DNA of 63,841 bases, filler included, from Kipferlia bialata (GCA_003568945.1; 6 parts of 6 records of this genome joined end to end with filler, not necessarily neighbours in it), one strand, 5' to 3'. Positions 13,694 to 27,298 are shown, counted from the whole stretch's first letter. Numbers and translations: made by a program. The notes: a model not told the origin generated them from the sequence alone.

Positions 13694-13793
13694 NNNNNNN
13701 NNNNNNNNNNNNNNNNNNNNNNNNNNNNNNNNNNNNNTTAATTAATTAANNNNNNNNNNNNNNNNNNNNNNNNNNNNNNNNNNNNNNNNNNNN
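13694..13793. other. Artificial contig linker (N-run/TTAATTAATTAA/N-run)
   Basis: An identical 100-nt spacer with stops in all six frames recurs five times in the window. Confidence 0.97.
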
Positions 13794-13794
13794 C

Positions 13795-13861
13795 GCGCTT
13801 GATGTAGAGAGTGACACCCTGACAAGTGACTGACCCAGCTGGTCAGCTGTCAAAACTAAAT
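13795..13861 (+). repeat. Left terminal inverted repeat (67 bp)
   Basis: GCGCTTGATGTAGAGAGTGACACCCTGACAAGTGACTGACCCAGCTGGTCAGCTGTCAAAACTAAAT is the reverse complement of 27299-27365 with one mismatch. A further shared block CCTTTTTAGCATATT lies at 13885-13899. Confidence 0.95.
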
Positions 13862-14157
13862 TGCTTAAGCAGATCGAGTCAGAACCTTTTTAGCATATTA
13901 TGTCACGAGAATTAGTTCTATTTCAGACTTTGACCTTACTCTCTCCATGGCCAACAGATCCATGACAGTCAGCATCTGGCTAGTTTCGGTTGGCAGCTCA
14001 GATTTATGGGTAGATCGGTTTCTATATGGACTGCTGCAACGAGGAATGACCACTGTAGAGAGGGGGCCTCCTTCTACTGTTGATACCTATTGAGGGTGGA
14101 CTGAATGCCATCTTACTGCTTCTCTACCCCTAGAGCATTCGTTCTCAAGCCCAAGCA

Positions 14158-17100
14158 ATGGGTAAGAACGACCTCAAGCCGAAGAAATGGTTTGCCATGG
14201 GAGACCTCTCATCTGGGCCCCCTGAACCTATTCGATTGGTCCACTTTCTCTTTGCTGTCGATGCGACAAGGTACAATATGTATACTTCCGTTATTTTCAA
14301 TAACGATTACATGCGCGATTTCGGTATGGATCAGAAGGTAGTGACCTGTGTGGATTCAGATAATTTGTCTAATTGTACCAGATGGGATGTCAGGTATGTA
14401 GATGTATCCCCCCCCCCACCAAATGCCAATACCAGGTCAGACAGTATGACGGTCCACTTCCATCCCAAGTGGGGAGATGCATACAGGGTCACCAAGCTGG
14501 CACGGTATGTGAATTTAGTACGATACTGATACCAGTCTGGCTACCTCATTTTGAGATTAGACCCTAACCTTGCAGGTATGCCAGAGTGGATATTGTCCAT
14601 CTTTGCATGCCTACGACCCTAACTATGGGCAAGTGGTCCTTCAAGGTGACCTCCCCGTTTATGTGTCGTTATTCAGCAATGTCACTACCGCGTCAGTTAC
14701 TGACCCCCCCCCCCCTCCCCATCAGATATGTATCTAACCACAGTGCAAGCTCAAGGGAAAGAAGTTCTCAACACAAGACTGGGAGAGAGACCAGGGCATG
14801 CCAGTCATGAGTCACGAGTCCAAGTATCCTGACAGGTATATCACGAGGCTGCTCTTGTGTATACAATATTGAGTACCTGGTGTCTATCCGTCTCACTGCA
14901 GGTACATGTGCCTTTCCAGCGGTGACATATATCTAGGGTCCGTGTTGCACTCAACATTCTGTCCTGGACGCCACATTGGTATTCCCAATGAGCGTGTGGC
15001 TGCTCTTGTGGCGACAGCTCTCAGGTGAGCTGAAACACTCTTCTGAGTCCCATCTTCTCTCAACTGACCTCTTACTCAGGTGGTTTTCAGATAGACCCGG
15101 CCTCCTTCCCTGTATACAGAGCCTCTGCCAGATGAATGGCAGCTTTCAGTGTCCCTGCAGCCGGCCTCTGTTCTCCCCACCACCCCCTGGCATCAAGACA
15201 CACTACTCTCTGTCTGACGCCCTTGCTCTCGTTCAGTCCCTGGACACTCCCCTCTCTGAAGTGGGGGACGCATGTCTGTACCTGGGCTTTGACATCGCTG
15301 ACCTCTTTGCGGCACCGTGGCTCCCTGTGTGTCAGAGAGGCGCTGCACGGGGTCTGGATAGCCGGAAGGGCATTGCAGGTCTGCAGAAGGTGTCTCTGGC
15401 CGGGTTGAAACTGTATCTCGCTGTTGTGAGGCAGAGGGTGGGGTCGAAGATGCGGATGTTGGAGGATGTCCACCGGATGCTGACACTTCCAAGAGAGGGG
15501 AAGCTGCCTCCAGCGCTGGCCACCCAGTTTGGTGTCCTGGTGGCTGCAAGTCACCCTAGTGGGCGCCAGGAGCTCTCCCAGCTACGCTCACTTATTGGTA
15601 TTGTTCCTTCTGCCTTTTGGAACCCGTTGATGAAGGTGTGGTGTCTCTATTACAGATATGTCTCTCTTAGCACACTATGACTCACATCTGCCCCTTACAT
15701 CACTGGCCTCACCTTAGCAATGGAGTACGCCCAGGGGCATGGCTACGGGGCTATCCTTTGTGGCAGGCCTCCCCTCCGACCACCCATCTGAGTGTGCTAC
15801 CATCCTGGACGCAGCAGAAGCACATGGCCTCTACAGCTCGGGCTGGCCCCTGCATGAGGTCCTCCATAAGCGGGCACTCTGGGAGGGAGGGGATGGAGTG
15901 CTGCTGAACAGAATTGATTCAGTAAAGCAACTGCGTGTATTGAAGGAGAGGGTGCCTCTGAGGGTTGTGACTGGATGCGATCTGGAGGATTGTTGCATCG
16001 ACGGCCCTGTGGAAGGTCTCCTTACCTCCCTTGGGCTTGTTGATAGTCTCCCTGCCTTCGAGGCGGCTTTCCACTGTCTTACCAAGAGTCAGAATCTCCT
16101 TCACATACTCCAGGAGCAGCATCGTCACATGGCAGTTGTAGGCGGTGTGTTCACAGACGTTCTTGGGCAGTGTGTGGACCTGGTTATGAGGAAGTTAAGG
16201 ATGGCGCTTCTTACAACGGTCATTGACATACCCGGCCTATTGGAGGGCAGTGATACTGGGGATGTGATTATTATTGGCCAGTGGGTGCAGTCCACGCTGT
16301 TTCACCACTTCGTCTCCCACTCAGATCTCAGTGGCATTGGAGTGGTAGTGTCAGATACTGAATCTGACACTGAGTATGTACCCGATGACAGTGGAGTGGA
16401 GACACCAGACACTGATTACAGCACTTCAGACCCTATGATCGTGGAGTCGGGTATGACCGATACACTCTCTACCCACTCAGAGAGTGCCTCTGATGATAGA
16501 GCCATGACGCATGTCATTGACCTCCGGCCTGTCTTAACAGTCTCAGATCTCGTGACTGTGGCACACGCTGTCCAGGACATTGACAGGGCAATCAGAGCCC
16601 GCAGTATCGAGCCCTCAGCTGCCACTCTACTTGCAGCAGTGCCTCTTCCAGTTCTTGAGCGCCACATCGAGGAGGTGATTGGCAAGAACCAAACAGGCCA
16701 GTATCTGGATACACTCATAGTGTACGTGCGTGTCATCACCGCCATTCCCCACCTCGAGTCCCTCTATCGACACATCACTGTCACTTTCCGGAGTGTGAGG
16801 AAGCCTCTCTCTCATTCTGTCCGCAAGACTATTGACAGGGTCATGCAACAAGTTGGGAGGGTGGGTTGTGGCACAGCTCATCCTGACAAGCTCTGTACCC
16901 CTCTGGCCTCCGCGCTCTCTGCTCTCTGCCACACACCCCACTGTCTGTCCTTCTTCGAGTGTGCTGCAGGGGAGGCCAAGGAGGGTATGGCATTTGCAGC
17001 AAAGCAGGCCGACTCTACCGCCCACTTACTCAACCAACTCAGACACCGGGGCGCTGGGGTCCCTATTAGCGTCATATCAGGCTTCACATGGCTGATAGCT

Positions 17101-20100
17101 GATGCTTCCTCCCCCATGTTCATTCTGAAGGCCAAGAAGGTGACTCTGCTTGGGAAGCTCGGAGACCTTGCTCGTGTGGACTTTGCCAAGAGTGAGTTCC
17201 ATCTGCGCTCTGTCCACCAATACAGGCAGGGTCTGAGGCAGCTTATAGACGACAGTCACGGCACCAGTCAGAGAGGCCTGAACCACAAGGCAGACTACAT
17301 TCTCAGTCAGGGGTATGGATACATGTACCTCTGTGTTTTACCATTTTCTCATCAGTGTAATTGCCAATGCAAGTGATATCCTTTGACCCCCAAGGTTTCT
17401 CATGGTGCTGACGGGTGATGGTCCTAGTATCACCGTTGGTGACAGTGCAGCAGCCCAGAAATGGGACGTGCACGACGTCCTCTTACTCAAGAATCAGGTA
17501 CTATGCTACTGTGATTATTTCAGTATTCCGTGTTATCGGCAATGCCGACTCTGCATACATAGTATTCATCCCAGATCATCTTCAGTGCCAACGACGATCC
17601 GGCCCCAAGTCTTTTGGTCCTCCTGCTGAGTACGTATTGCTGTTATAGAGTACATGATAAGACCCACCACTTACATCCAGAGACCGCCCAGGACATTTGT
17701 GAGAAAGAGGCCGCAGTCCTAGTGTCTCTTACAGGACGTGAGGTGAGGAGAGAGGTCCGGTTCCCCGGGTGCGTAGATGCGGTGTCCTCCCGCGGTCTCA
17801 TGGTGGAGGAGTTGAAGGGGGTCCGACGGTCGATTCTGGAGGAGATAGAGAGACAGCGCCACGTGGCAGAGGCAAAGAGGCGAGACTCGGCCTGTGCATA
17901 CATGACAACACGAGACATCCTCTCCTGCGAGAGACGCCTCAACAGGCACATCCATCGACAGCACTTTGCTGACCCACGCTGCTTCTCAGTGTCTTCGCTT
18001 GCCACCCCTATCTCGCTCCGGTTTTCCGCAGTGACCTCTGTAATAGTGACTGAGGGTACTGTCCTGGATACCGTGCAGGCCCTGTGCCGGTCTGCCCCTA
18101 CTCCCATCATGAGTGTGAGGAACGTGCATCTAGGCAGCGGGGAGTCCACTGTTGAGGATATCCGGGCCCTTGTGGCCCATGCCTCTCTGTTCCCATCGGT
18201 GTGCCACGTGGTTGCCCTGCCTAGCCACATGCCCCAAGGGGTACAGGCAGAGATGCGGCAGTGCCTGCTGGGAGAGACCATCACCATGCCGAGGGAGTAT
18301 GGTCCCATTGTGCTCTGTGATGTTGCTGGGAGTACTGCATCCTCGTTCCCCAGGACTGTTGTGGATAGTGCATGTATGGAGGGGTTGGCTAAGGCAAAGG
18401 CGGCTGACTTGTTGGACGGCAGCCGCCTTCTGCTAACCAGCACTGATGCTGGTATGGGCAAGACTACTGAGGCCAGGAGACACCTGGGACCAGACTCACT
18501 GAGGCTGCACATCTCAGGTCCAGCCAAGTACTCCACTCTGTGCACTTCTCTGCTGACCCAGTTTGAGTCTCTTAAGAAGCCATATGACCTGCACATTGAC
18601 ATAGGGAGGCCTCTAGGCGATGGGCAGTATAGCCCAGGGCAGTGGGTGGCAGAGAGCGCTGTGTTCTCTCTCTGCTGGCTAGGGGGGCTGAGGGGGCAGG
18701 GGGCTATAGTACATGCCCCTTCTATAGTGGCAGTGGAGTTGGCCATTGGAGTGTCCAACCAGGTTGAGTCATACTCTGCCATTCTGGGGGTTGAGGCAAC
18801 CTTGGTGACCTTTCCAACCACGCAGACGCAGTTTCTGGAGGAATTCATACATGCCCCTGACCCTTCTGATGTGAGTGTAGTGAGTGAGGAGTCTAGGGAG
18901 GCCTACAAGGGTGCATGTGCACTATATGCACTTGCCAATTACCAAGACGTCCCAGACATTGATGAGACAAGCAGGACCGCCCGTGTTGACTCAGTACTAG
19001 CCCATGCATACAATGCTATTTGTGCCAGGACAGTTGGCATCTCTTGGGCTGCCTTCACTGCTGTTCTGCTCTCTCTCAAGACCAGTCTGGAGCGCATTGG
19101 CCGCTGCCCCCAGTTCTCAGACTTTGATGGGGACCAGTTACCCCTGGAGGCCAGGGCAGAGGTCATCGCCTTGACCAACCGCTATGCCAAGCAGTACGGC
19201 ATCGACGCCGTTGCCCAGACGGTCCAGTGCCAGAGGACTGTGATAGAGAACGGCACAAGACGCACCCCGACACAGGGAGAGACACCCAATGAGTGTAGAG
19301 TTGGTTACTCCAACCTACGGTGTCCCTATATCGTTCTGGACTCTGGAGACGCGCCAATTGCTTTCAGCAATTCTGCATTCCGGTGGCCTGCAGCATATGA
19401 GTCCTTACTCTCCAGGTGGCCTGGCCACAGACCCACCACGGAGAGACTGACCGCCTCACAGCTCAAGACGGCCGTGGCGGACTTCTGTCTAGGCCCTGCC
19501 GCTGCCGGTCGCTGCAGCAGGTTCCAGTCCAGTGTTGCCTCATATGAGTTCACTCCCGATGTGGCTCTGAAGATGTGTATGCTGCACACCAAGGTGTCGA
19601 CAGGACAGCCTGTGCTACTGACAGGGGATGGGGGCACTGGGAAGACAGCCTTGGTCACGTCGTATCTGGAGATGATGATGGCCCTTGCCCCAGAAGGCAC
19701 ATTTGGGTACACCACTGCCACTGTCAACGCATCTACCTCTGAAGAGACCATAGAGGGACTGTTCAGTGACATGAGTAGACACAGGGAGGGGGTGAGCAGA
19801 GATGTATTGTTCCTAGATGAGGTCAATGCCTCTCCCTTCAGCACAGAGATCATGGCAGGGGTATTGTCCAGACAGTTCAGAGGGCACCCGTTCCCTCCCT
19901 CCCTCAGCGTTGTGATGGCAGTCAACCCCCTACGTACATGTCACCAGGAGAATGCTATGCTCCACAGTATGAGACACACCGTGCCCTATGTGTTCAGAGT
20001 CAACCCCATCCCCGAGTCCATGCTCAGATGTCTCATAGACTTCGGCAGCCTAGCACTGGAGGTACGAAGTACGCGATGGTGAAAACAGTCTCCCGTTAGA

Positions 20101-23100
20101 AGTCTTATATTCAGGACGAGGTTAGATATGTCCTGCAGATACTTGGCACGGCTGAGGATAAGTATCCCTCTATTGGCATATCACAGGGTCTATTGGAGCG
20201 AGTTGTCAAAACCCACCATGCGGCCAAACAGGAGTCCCGAGGATACTCTTTCTCTGTGTCACTAAGGTACTTGTTGCTGAGTTTGTGTACTCTCTATGTG
20301 TCAGGCAAGTGTCACTGACCACCAGGGACATCAACAGGTTCGTGAGTCTCCTCCGGGTAGCAAGGGTTGTGTTTGCACCTATGATACAGGAGAGGCGGGC
20401 CACGGCTACCGACGTGGAGGCCTTTGTACTGCATCTCACCTATGTGCTCAGGATTCCAGATCCTGCTAGGAGGGTGGGTGTCCTCCAGCAGATTGGGCCC
20501 CAAGCTACGAGGAGTGTGTCTGTGTGTCAGAATGAGTGCATGGGGTGGCTAGACGAGGTGGCAGGAACGGGTGAGACATCAGACGTGACTGGTATGGTCA
20601 TTGCCAGAAACAGAGCATACTCAGAGAACGCTCCAGCACTTCTCATGTGTGTTTGGGCCAAGGTATGCGTGACGGCCGTTTGAGTATATGCCATACAATG
20701 AGTCTATTCCAATGTCAAACCCAGGTTCCTATCATCATCATTGGCGAGCCCGGCACCTCCAAATCCCTAGCACTAAGGGTGTGTTTTGAGTTCCTAGCCT
20801 CAGCCAAGAGCCACACTGTATACCCCACTAGGGTGGAGCAGACTGTGTATCAGGGCACCACCCAGAGCACTACAAGTGGTGTGGATAGTGTGTATCGGGA
20901 AGTGCTTGGTAACGTACCCGAGGTAGCATATGTACTAAGTTCTATTTGTATGTCAAGTGAGCAGTCTTAATGTCAGGATGGATCTAGTGCCCTCACGTCT
21001 TTGTTTGTCTTTGATGAACTGGGCCGTGCCGCCCAAGCACCTGGCAACCCACTCAAGTCGCTTCACTCCATCCTGGAACCCCATGGGGGTCAGGACAACC
21101 TGAAGTTTGCCTTCATCGGCCTGTCTAACCACAGCATAGACTCTGCACCCACTTCTAGAGCCCTAGTTGTGTATAGGTAAAGCCGTAATGGTGATTCCTA
21201 TGAATACCGCACGTATATGATGCCATAACAATAACTACCATACCTTACGTCAGACTTGGTACAAACGATGGGCTGGCCGCCACTGTCCGAGATATTCTGC
21301 GGCAGAGAGTGTCAAACCGGCAGGCGCATGCCCTTGCGGACGCCCATTGTGCCCTGTCTAGGAGTATGAATCATAGACTTGGAAGAGATGCGGGCAGATC
21401 GATATTCGGACTGAGGTGAGCTAGAACGTGCCACTGATTCACTAAAGATACTTCACCTATACCAACGTCAGAGACGTCTTCTTCCTGGCCCACAGGGCAC
21501 TGGCTGAGGGTGATGTTGGGGTGGATAATCCCCACAGTCGGGCAGCAACTCTGGTTGCCAGGTGCTACAGCATAGGGTATGCCCGGGAGAGGGGTCTGGC
21601 TTGTGAGAGGATGGTACGAGCTACCGAGAGCATACTGTCTACTCTCAATGAGGGACGCGACAAGGGTCTGTTTAGAGACATTGGTAGATTGTTGCGATGG
21701 GGGAAGGGAGCTGAGAGAGTGAAGATTGATCCTGTGATGTGTACTGGCTACCAAGCCATGCGAGACGCCTTGCTTGACACACACGAGTGCTCCAGGTACT
21801 GACTACTACACTAATGTACTACTGATTTGGTAACCACCATATTGGCTTATGCCAGGTATCTCTTGGTTCAGACGGAGTCCCCTGACCTTATTGTCGAGGC
21901 TATTCAGAGAGACGCTCGAGTGATGGGTGGGGATAGCAGAGGCATAGACGTTCTGAGTGGCTCCCAGTTTGAAGGAGACTCCGACATTGGAACCTCCATT
22001 GAGACTCTGTCTGCCCTAATAGAGGGGGCCAGAAGGGGAAGGTAAGGTCGAATATGGTTCAAGTGCCTATGTTAGCTCATTGCAGGGTTGTAGTGCTGGT
22101 GCATCAGCAAAAGGTGCTGGACTGTCTCTATGACATGCTGAATAAGAACTATGCCCGGTTTAGCCACGCTGGAGTAACCACCACGTGTTGCAGGTAGTTG
22201 AGTTACCATGAAGTTGTTTCAAGCTAAGAGCGTTCTATATATCCATTCAAATGACACCCAGAGTCTCACTCGGGAATTGTGCTGACAGTTTTGTCCCTGT
22301 GGCACCCAGTTTCAAGTTGGTGGTCTGCCTCTCTGCGGCAGAGGTGGCTGATGAGGAGCCCGCGCTGCTTCAGAGGCTGGAGAAGGTCCGGCTAGACATA
22401 CATGATATGGGGGAAGTTGCTGAGAGTGCAAAAGCCGAGCTGATGGAGGCCTCTACTCAAGAGGCACTAGCTGAGGTGCATGCCTGTGTGCATCGACTGG
22501 GTACGGTGTCTCAGATCACAGACGGTCTGCTCTGGTTGCACTCCTGTCAGGCCAGGGGAGAGAGCATCCTACCCTTAGCTGCTCACCTTGTTCCCCCTAT
22601 CCTGCTACTGTCCCACACTCTCAAGGAGACTGGCGGTTCTGCGGATGACACTCCAGAGTCGGCACTGCTGGACGGCTCTCTATTCCATGGCTGTATTGAC
22701 GTTTTGGACTTCCTGCAGATGCTCTTGAGGCACAAGGGAGCTCACATGAGTACCTGTTCCGATGTTCCTGTAGTACTGTACAAGACAAGTGGTTGTGGGA
22801 CGGGAGACTCCGTCGATGACCTCGTGTCTGCGGGGACTGAGGCTGGCATTTCCATCTCGCGATTGGTTGCCTCAGAGAACCGCACTGCTAGAGAATTCCA
22901 GACAGCGGTGGACAGTGTCCCCCATGAGTCAGTGATTGTGTGCAGTCTAGGGTCTAGAACAGAGTTTGTCCCACAGTGCCAGGCTGTACTTCGAAAGAGA
23001 GAGGGCCTGAGCGTCATCGCAGTGGATAACACCTCTGACACCAACTCCATATGTGTCGGAGTGACGTCTGGGGTATGTGCAGTGGACTGTCTAGTGAAGC

Positions 23101-26100
23101 CACAGTACCTGCCGGTATCCTTCAACCCCGAACCCGTGCTGACTCTCTCTGACACCCACACCTCTTCCTCAGACTTAGCGGACCAGCAACTGAGAACTCT
23201 TATCCAGCGCTGCCTGCAGAGGAGTCTCCACCAGGTACTGGCAGGACTCCACAGCCAACCGGGACAGGGTTTCAGTCAGTCGTCCGATAGGGCCCGGGAT
23301 CTGTCCCACTTTGTGTTCGTGCATCAGGATAAGATTGCCTCGCTGTGCGTACCCCATGCCCGGGGTGAGCTTCTCCGTGTGTATGGACATGGGTGTGTAT
23401 TGTCCGCTGTCGATATACAGGAGTATACCTCATTGGCAGAGGCCACGCAAGATGTGGTGATGTCATCTCTCTCTGAGTCCCTGGTTCCTGTTATAGGGCG
23501 TCTTGCCTACACTGGCCTCTTAGAAGGAGACCTGGACCCCGACCCCTCCTCTGCTGGTGCCCGGGAGTACGCAGAGGCTGTCATGGGAGAGATTGCTACG
23601 GTGGTTGACAGAGAAGGACAGGACGTCGTGATGAGGGACCCCAGTGATGAGTCACAGACAGTCGAGGAAATCAGGACGGCATTACATAACACTGACTTGC
23701 GGTACATCCTCGCCCCCCTGATACCCTGTGACCTGTCTACCACTCCCACCCTACTCATACACGCTGTGAGGACCACCCTGTGCCACAGTCTGGTGCTGCC
23801 TGACGACCTGAAGGGGGAGTCAGATGCTGTGGTGTGCTGTGTAGGCAAGGCCGTAGAGGTTCTCAGGGTGAACTATCAGCACTCCATATCAAGGGACACC
23901 CTACCAGTAATCACCAAGATTGTACTATGCCAGCTGTCCCTTGATAACCTCTCCGTGTCAACACAGGGACTACTGGGATCAGTTACTGTAGCCATGGAGT
24001 GTTTTGAGCAAGACACAGACGCCATTGAGTATGAGTGCCTCAGTCAGATGCTTGTGCGGGGTATAACCTACATGGGAAGTGAGTACTGCAGATTCGACAA
24101 TTCGAAGCCCTCTGGGGCACTAGCGCTCACAGGGGATCCCGATGAGCTACATTGTGCCGTGAGGGGGGTTCTGGGAGACGAGGCCACACCCAGCCAGACG
24201 ATAGCATTGATGCAAGTGGGACAGTATGATGACACCAGCTACATGAGTGTGTGCTCCATGACGCCTCCTACCACAGATGATACTCTAGCGTGTGAGGTAT
24301 TCACTGCCAGACTGTGTGGAGAGATTGGTCCCACATACCTGCTCTCCGACGACAGACAAGTTGACGCGGGCCTGGGTGTCATGATATCACACCATACTGA
24401 GCAGATGCTATCCCAAGACAACAGCCTATTCGTTGGACCTGGGTCGATAGGTGGCATCCTCACGCGTGTCACAGGTACTCTGCAGGGAGACACCCTGACA
24501 ATAGGGTGGTCGGTGGCTGCTGCTGTGCTGCGGCACTGTGCAAGGCAGGCCAGAGATGCCACAGGATGCGGGATGAGTCCTAAGGCCCTGTCTCTCCTGT
24601 TCAGCTGCAACCGGCTGTGTCAGCTGTCCTTCGTCTGGCACTATCGGCAGGGCAGAGAGGGGGAGACCGAGAGAGTTGAAAGGGGGGTTGCAGAGGTGCT
24701 GGGGAGACATGTGGCTGCTACCCTCTTCACTGGCAGCTATGCAGAGCGGTATCCTATGTCTGCCCTCGTCGACTGGGCCCTCCACTGCTTGCCAGCCTTT
24801 GGGGCAGAGGGTCCACCCTCAGCGTCTGCTAACAGACTGACCCTCTTCCGCAGACACCTAGTCAATGTGAGCAGTGGCAGTGCTGAGGGTGTACCAGGTG
24901 CAGTATACGCCATGCACAGACACATTGGTATGGGGGGTATGGCCCTGCTGGGTGAGGTGGCTGGGTGGAACCTACAGCCTGGTAGCCTTGTCCATGCTGT
25001 AGCCACAGACCCCGGTTCCTACCTCCTCCCCTTCGAGTGGCTCAATGCTGTGTACGCAGAGAACACATACAGCAGAAGCCATAGTGATGATACTGGGAAG
25101 AGGACCAGGGTGAGACGCTGCGGAGGGTGTGGTCTTGTGGTCTTCATTGGCAACTGTGGGGAGCATGACCACACTGCTCAGGCTGGGGGGTACGGGTATG
25201 CCAACTGCCCAAAGTGCAAGCGTGCTCTTACGGAGTCCCGCACCAAATCTGTTGATATGGACCGGCAGCCTAGAACAACGGTGTCAAGATCCAGTGTGTT
25301 CTACAAAGACGGGGTACAGATGGGGTTTGTATATGACGCCGATACGGTGCCTCCTTGCGAGGGTACCTTCCCATTCACATCGCACATGAGAACATCGCCC
25401 CGGGAGACTGTGTTTGTAAGGTGTGTATTGGCGGCCCTTCATCTCCAGCGGATAGTTGAATCAAATAGTGTTAGCACCCTCTCTCTGGACCTCCGAAAGA
25501 CTCTGGTTGATAGGGTGAACCAAGGGGTGAAGAAGTTTGGAGACCGTCTGCTGTCCTTGGTTCGCCGGACCGCCCCCACCATACAGGAAGTGCATGCTGC
25601 GTCGGATGTATGTGCCAGGTATCGGCAGGAGGTGGATCTGATCAAGAGGCTGCAACTGTCAGCCAGAACTCCGGCCGTGGTCCCACCCTCCGGTGCTTCG
25701 CATGCCCCTGTATTCCCCCTAACCCCCTCTCAAGCTGTGGAGTCCGGCCAAAGAGAGGACTTCATACGCCTCTTAGCCCCTCAGGAACCTGGAGATCTCA
25801 GACTAGGCGAGGGGTACGTGGCCCACATAGGGGGAGAGACTATGGCTACAACACAGCAGGCAGAGGCATGGTGCGGGGGCCTCGCTGTGCTTCCACAGGT
25901 CCTGTCTCTCCCAAGGACGGTGCTGAGACCACTGCAGTTCATCGGTTCGGGATGTGACACCTCGCTCCTGGACCAACCACTCACGACAGTCCTAGAGAGC
26001 CTTAGGGTCGATATGACTGCGGTAGAGGATGCATTTGAGGCATGGAATGTTGTATCGAGGTCCTTCTCTGAGTTTCAGCACCAGCTAGTCATTAACTGCT

Positions 26101-27131
26101 CCACCTCTGTGGACATACCTGTGATTGTATGGCAAGATGTGACCCTGGGTCAGTTCCTCGCCTTACAAGAGGATATCACCCTTCCAGCCAGAGCACAAGG
26201 ATATGAGGGGGAGGCTGTGTCAATGGGCACTGTTCTCATGAAGCTGATACAGCAGTACAATGCTATATGCCAGTCCATCCTCCAGGAACTTGGTGTGGAG
26301 GGGGTTAACCTGCACAGAGTCAGTGCGTCTGCATTCTCCCAGCGCAACCTGCCCCCTACCCTAGATGTGCAGACTGTGGAGCCTGTGGCGGCACTCTCCC
26401 ATGATGCTGCCCAGCTGCTCTCTGGGGTCAGGGTACTCTCGGGTATGCCTGCTCTTGTACTGATAGACGAAGACCCCACCCCTCTGGAGATGCACAAGAT
26501 ACAGCCACGAGGATGCCTACAGTGGGTCCAGGACTATGAAGAGGGAGTGGTAGGGGATATGTCACGCCCTGTTCCACCTCTACCGAGTGAGACTGTGCAG
26601 ACTATCTCTGACATGCCCCGGAACACCATAAGTAGGACTGTGGGTGCCTGTGCTGCGGCCCAGGATGCTGTGTCTACACTAGCTCGTGTTGAGGATGCAA
26701 CTACACCTCTGAGAGAGTTTCTGGACAGGTGGGGAGTGACACCGCACGTCAGTGTGCTGGCTGAGTATGATCTCGTCGGTATAGAGGTGCGGCAGGTGCT
26801 GAGACTGGCCTCTGCCCTCCAGGCTAGACTAGACTGGGATGACATAGTGGATAGGGTGCAGGGGGAGGTGCCTCTGGAGCACTGGACTCTGACCAAGGCT
26901 CAGAGACAGAGACTAAGGCGCATGTCACAGACAGACACAGCATGTCTTGGGCACTTGGTCAAGGTGCTGTCCTTCAGGGTGGATCAGACGGAGAGGCACA
27001 ACCCTGCAATGACATCTCTGTACTGTACGGCATATGAAGAGGACGAGGGGGGAGAGGCCGTGTGTAGGGCTCTGGATACTCTATCATTCATGTCACTGGT
27101 GGCATACTTTGTCAAGGAGTCACATCACTGA
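14158..27131 (+). CDS. RNF213-like: RNF213/mysterin-like giant AAA+ ATPase with RZ-finger E3 module (~4000 aa, multi-exon; exact start uncertain)
   Basis: Collinear RNF213 motifs: STDAGMGKT (cf. SERAGVGKS), YEFTPDVALKM..PVLLTGDGGTGKT (cf. YELTTDNMLKI..PVIIMGETGCGKT), LFLDEVN, AVNPLR, YVFRVNPIPESM..DFGSL, IARNRAYSEN..VPIIIIGEPGTSKS, FDELGRA..NPLKSLHSILE, FIGLSN, FGLRD, SRYLLV, GSQFEGD, LYDMLNKNY, PALLQRLEK. RZ-like CGGCG.VVFIGNCG..CPKC at 25119-25217. Stop at 27129-27131. Confidence 0.93.
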
Positions 27132-27298
27132 GTGTGGAGGGAGATCTGATTGCAGAGTCTCACGTGCATTGATCTGCAGGAGATACCGATAATAGAGAAG
27201 ATGATTTTCGTCTATTATGATGAAGTGGTGATGTCCTGCACAATATGCTAAAAAGGCTCCATTCATTATATGATTAAGCTTAGAAAACTGTTTTAGTG

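Noticed and set aside
13694..13793. Recurrent TTAATTAATTAA palindrome within N-runs, considered as a biological repeat or TTAA (piggyBac-like) target site beside the TIRs
   Set aside because: It is identical at all five gaps and embedded in Ns. It is an artificial six-frame-stop linker, not a TSD.
17643..18848. 401-aa minus-strand ORF (and other antisense ORFs) as a possible transposase of the TIR element
   Set aside because: It is an antisense shadow of the RNF213-like coding exon, Ser/Thr-rich, with no DDE, tyrosine-recombinase or HUH motifs.
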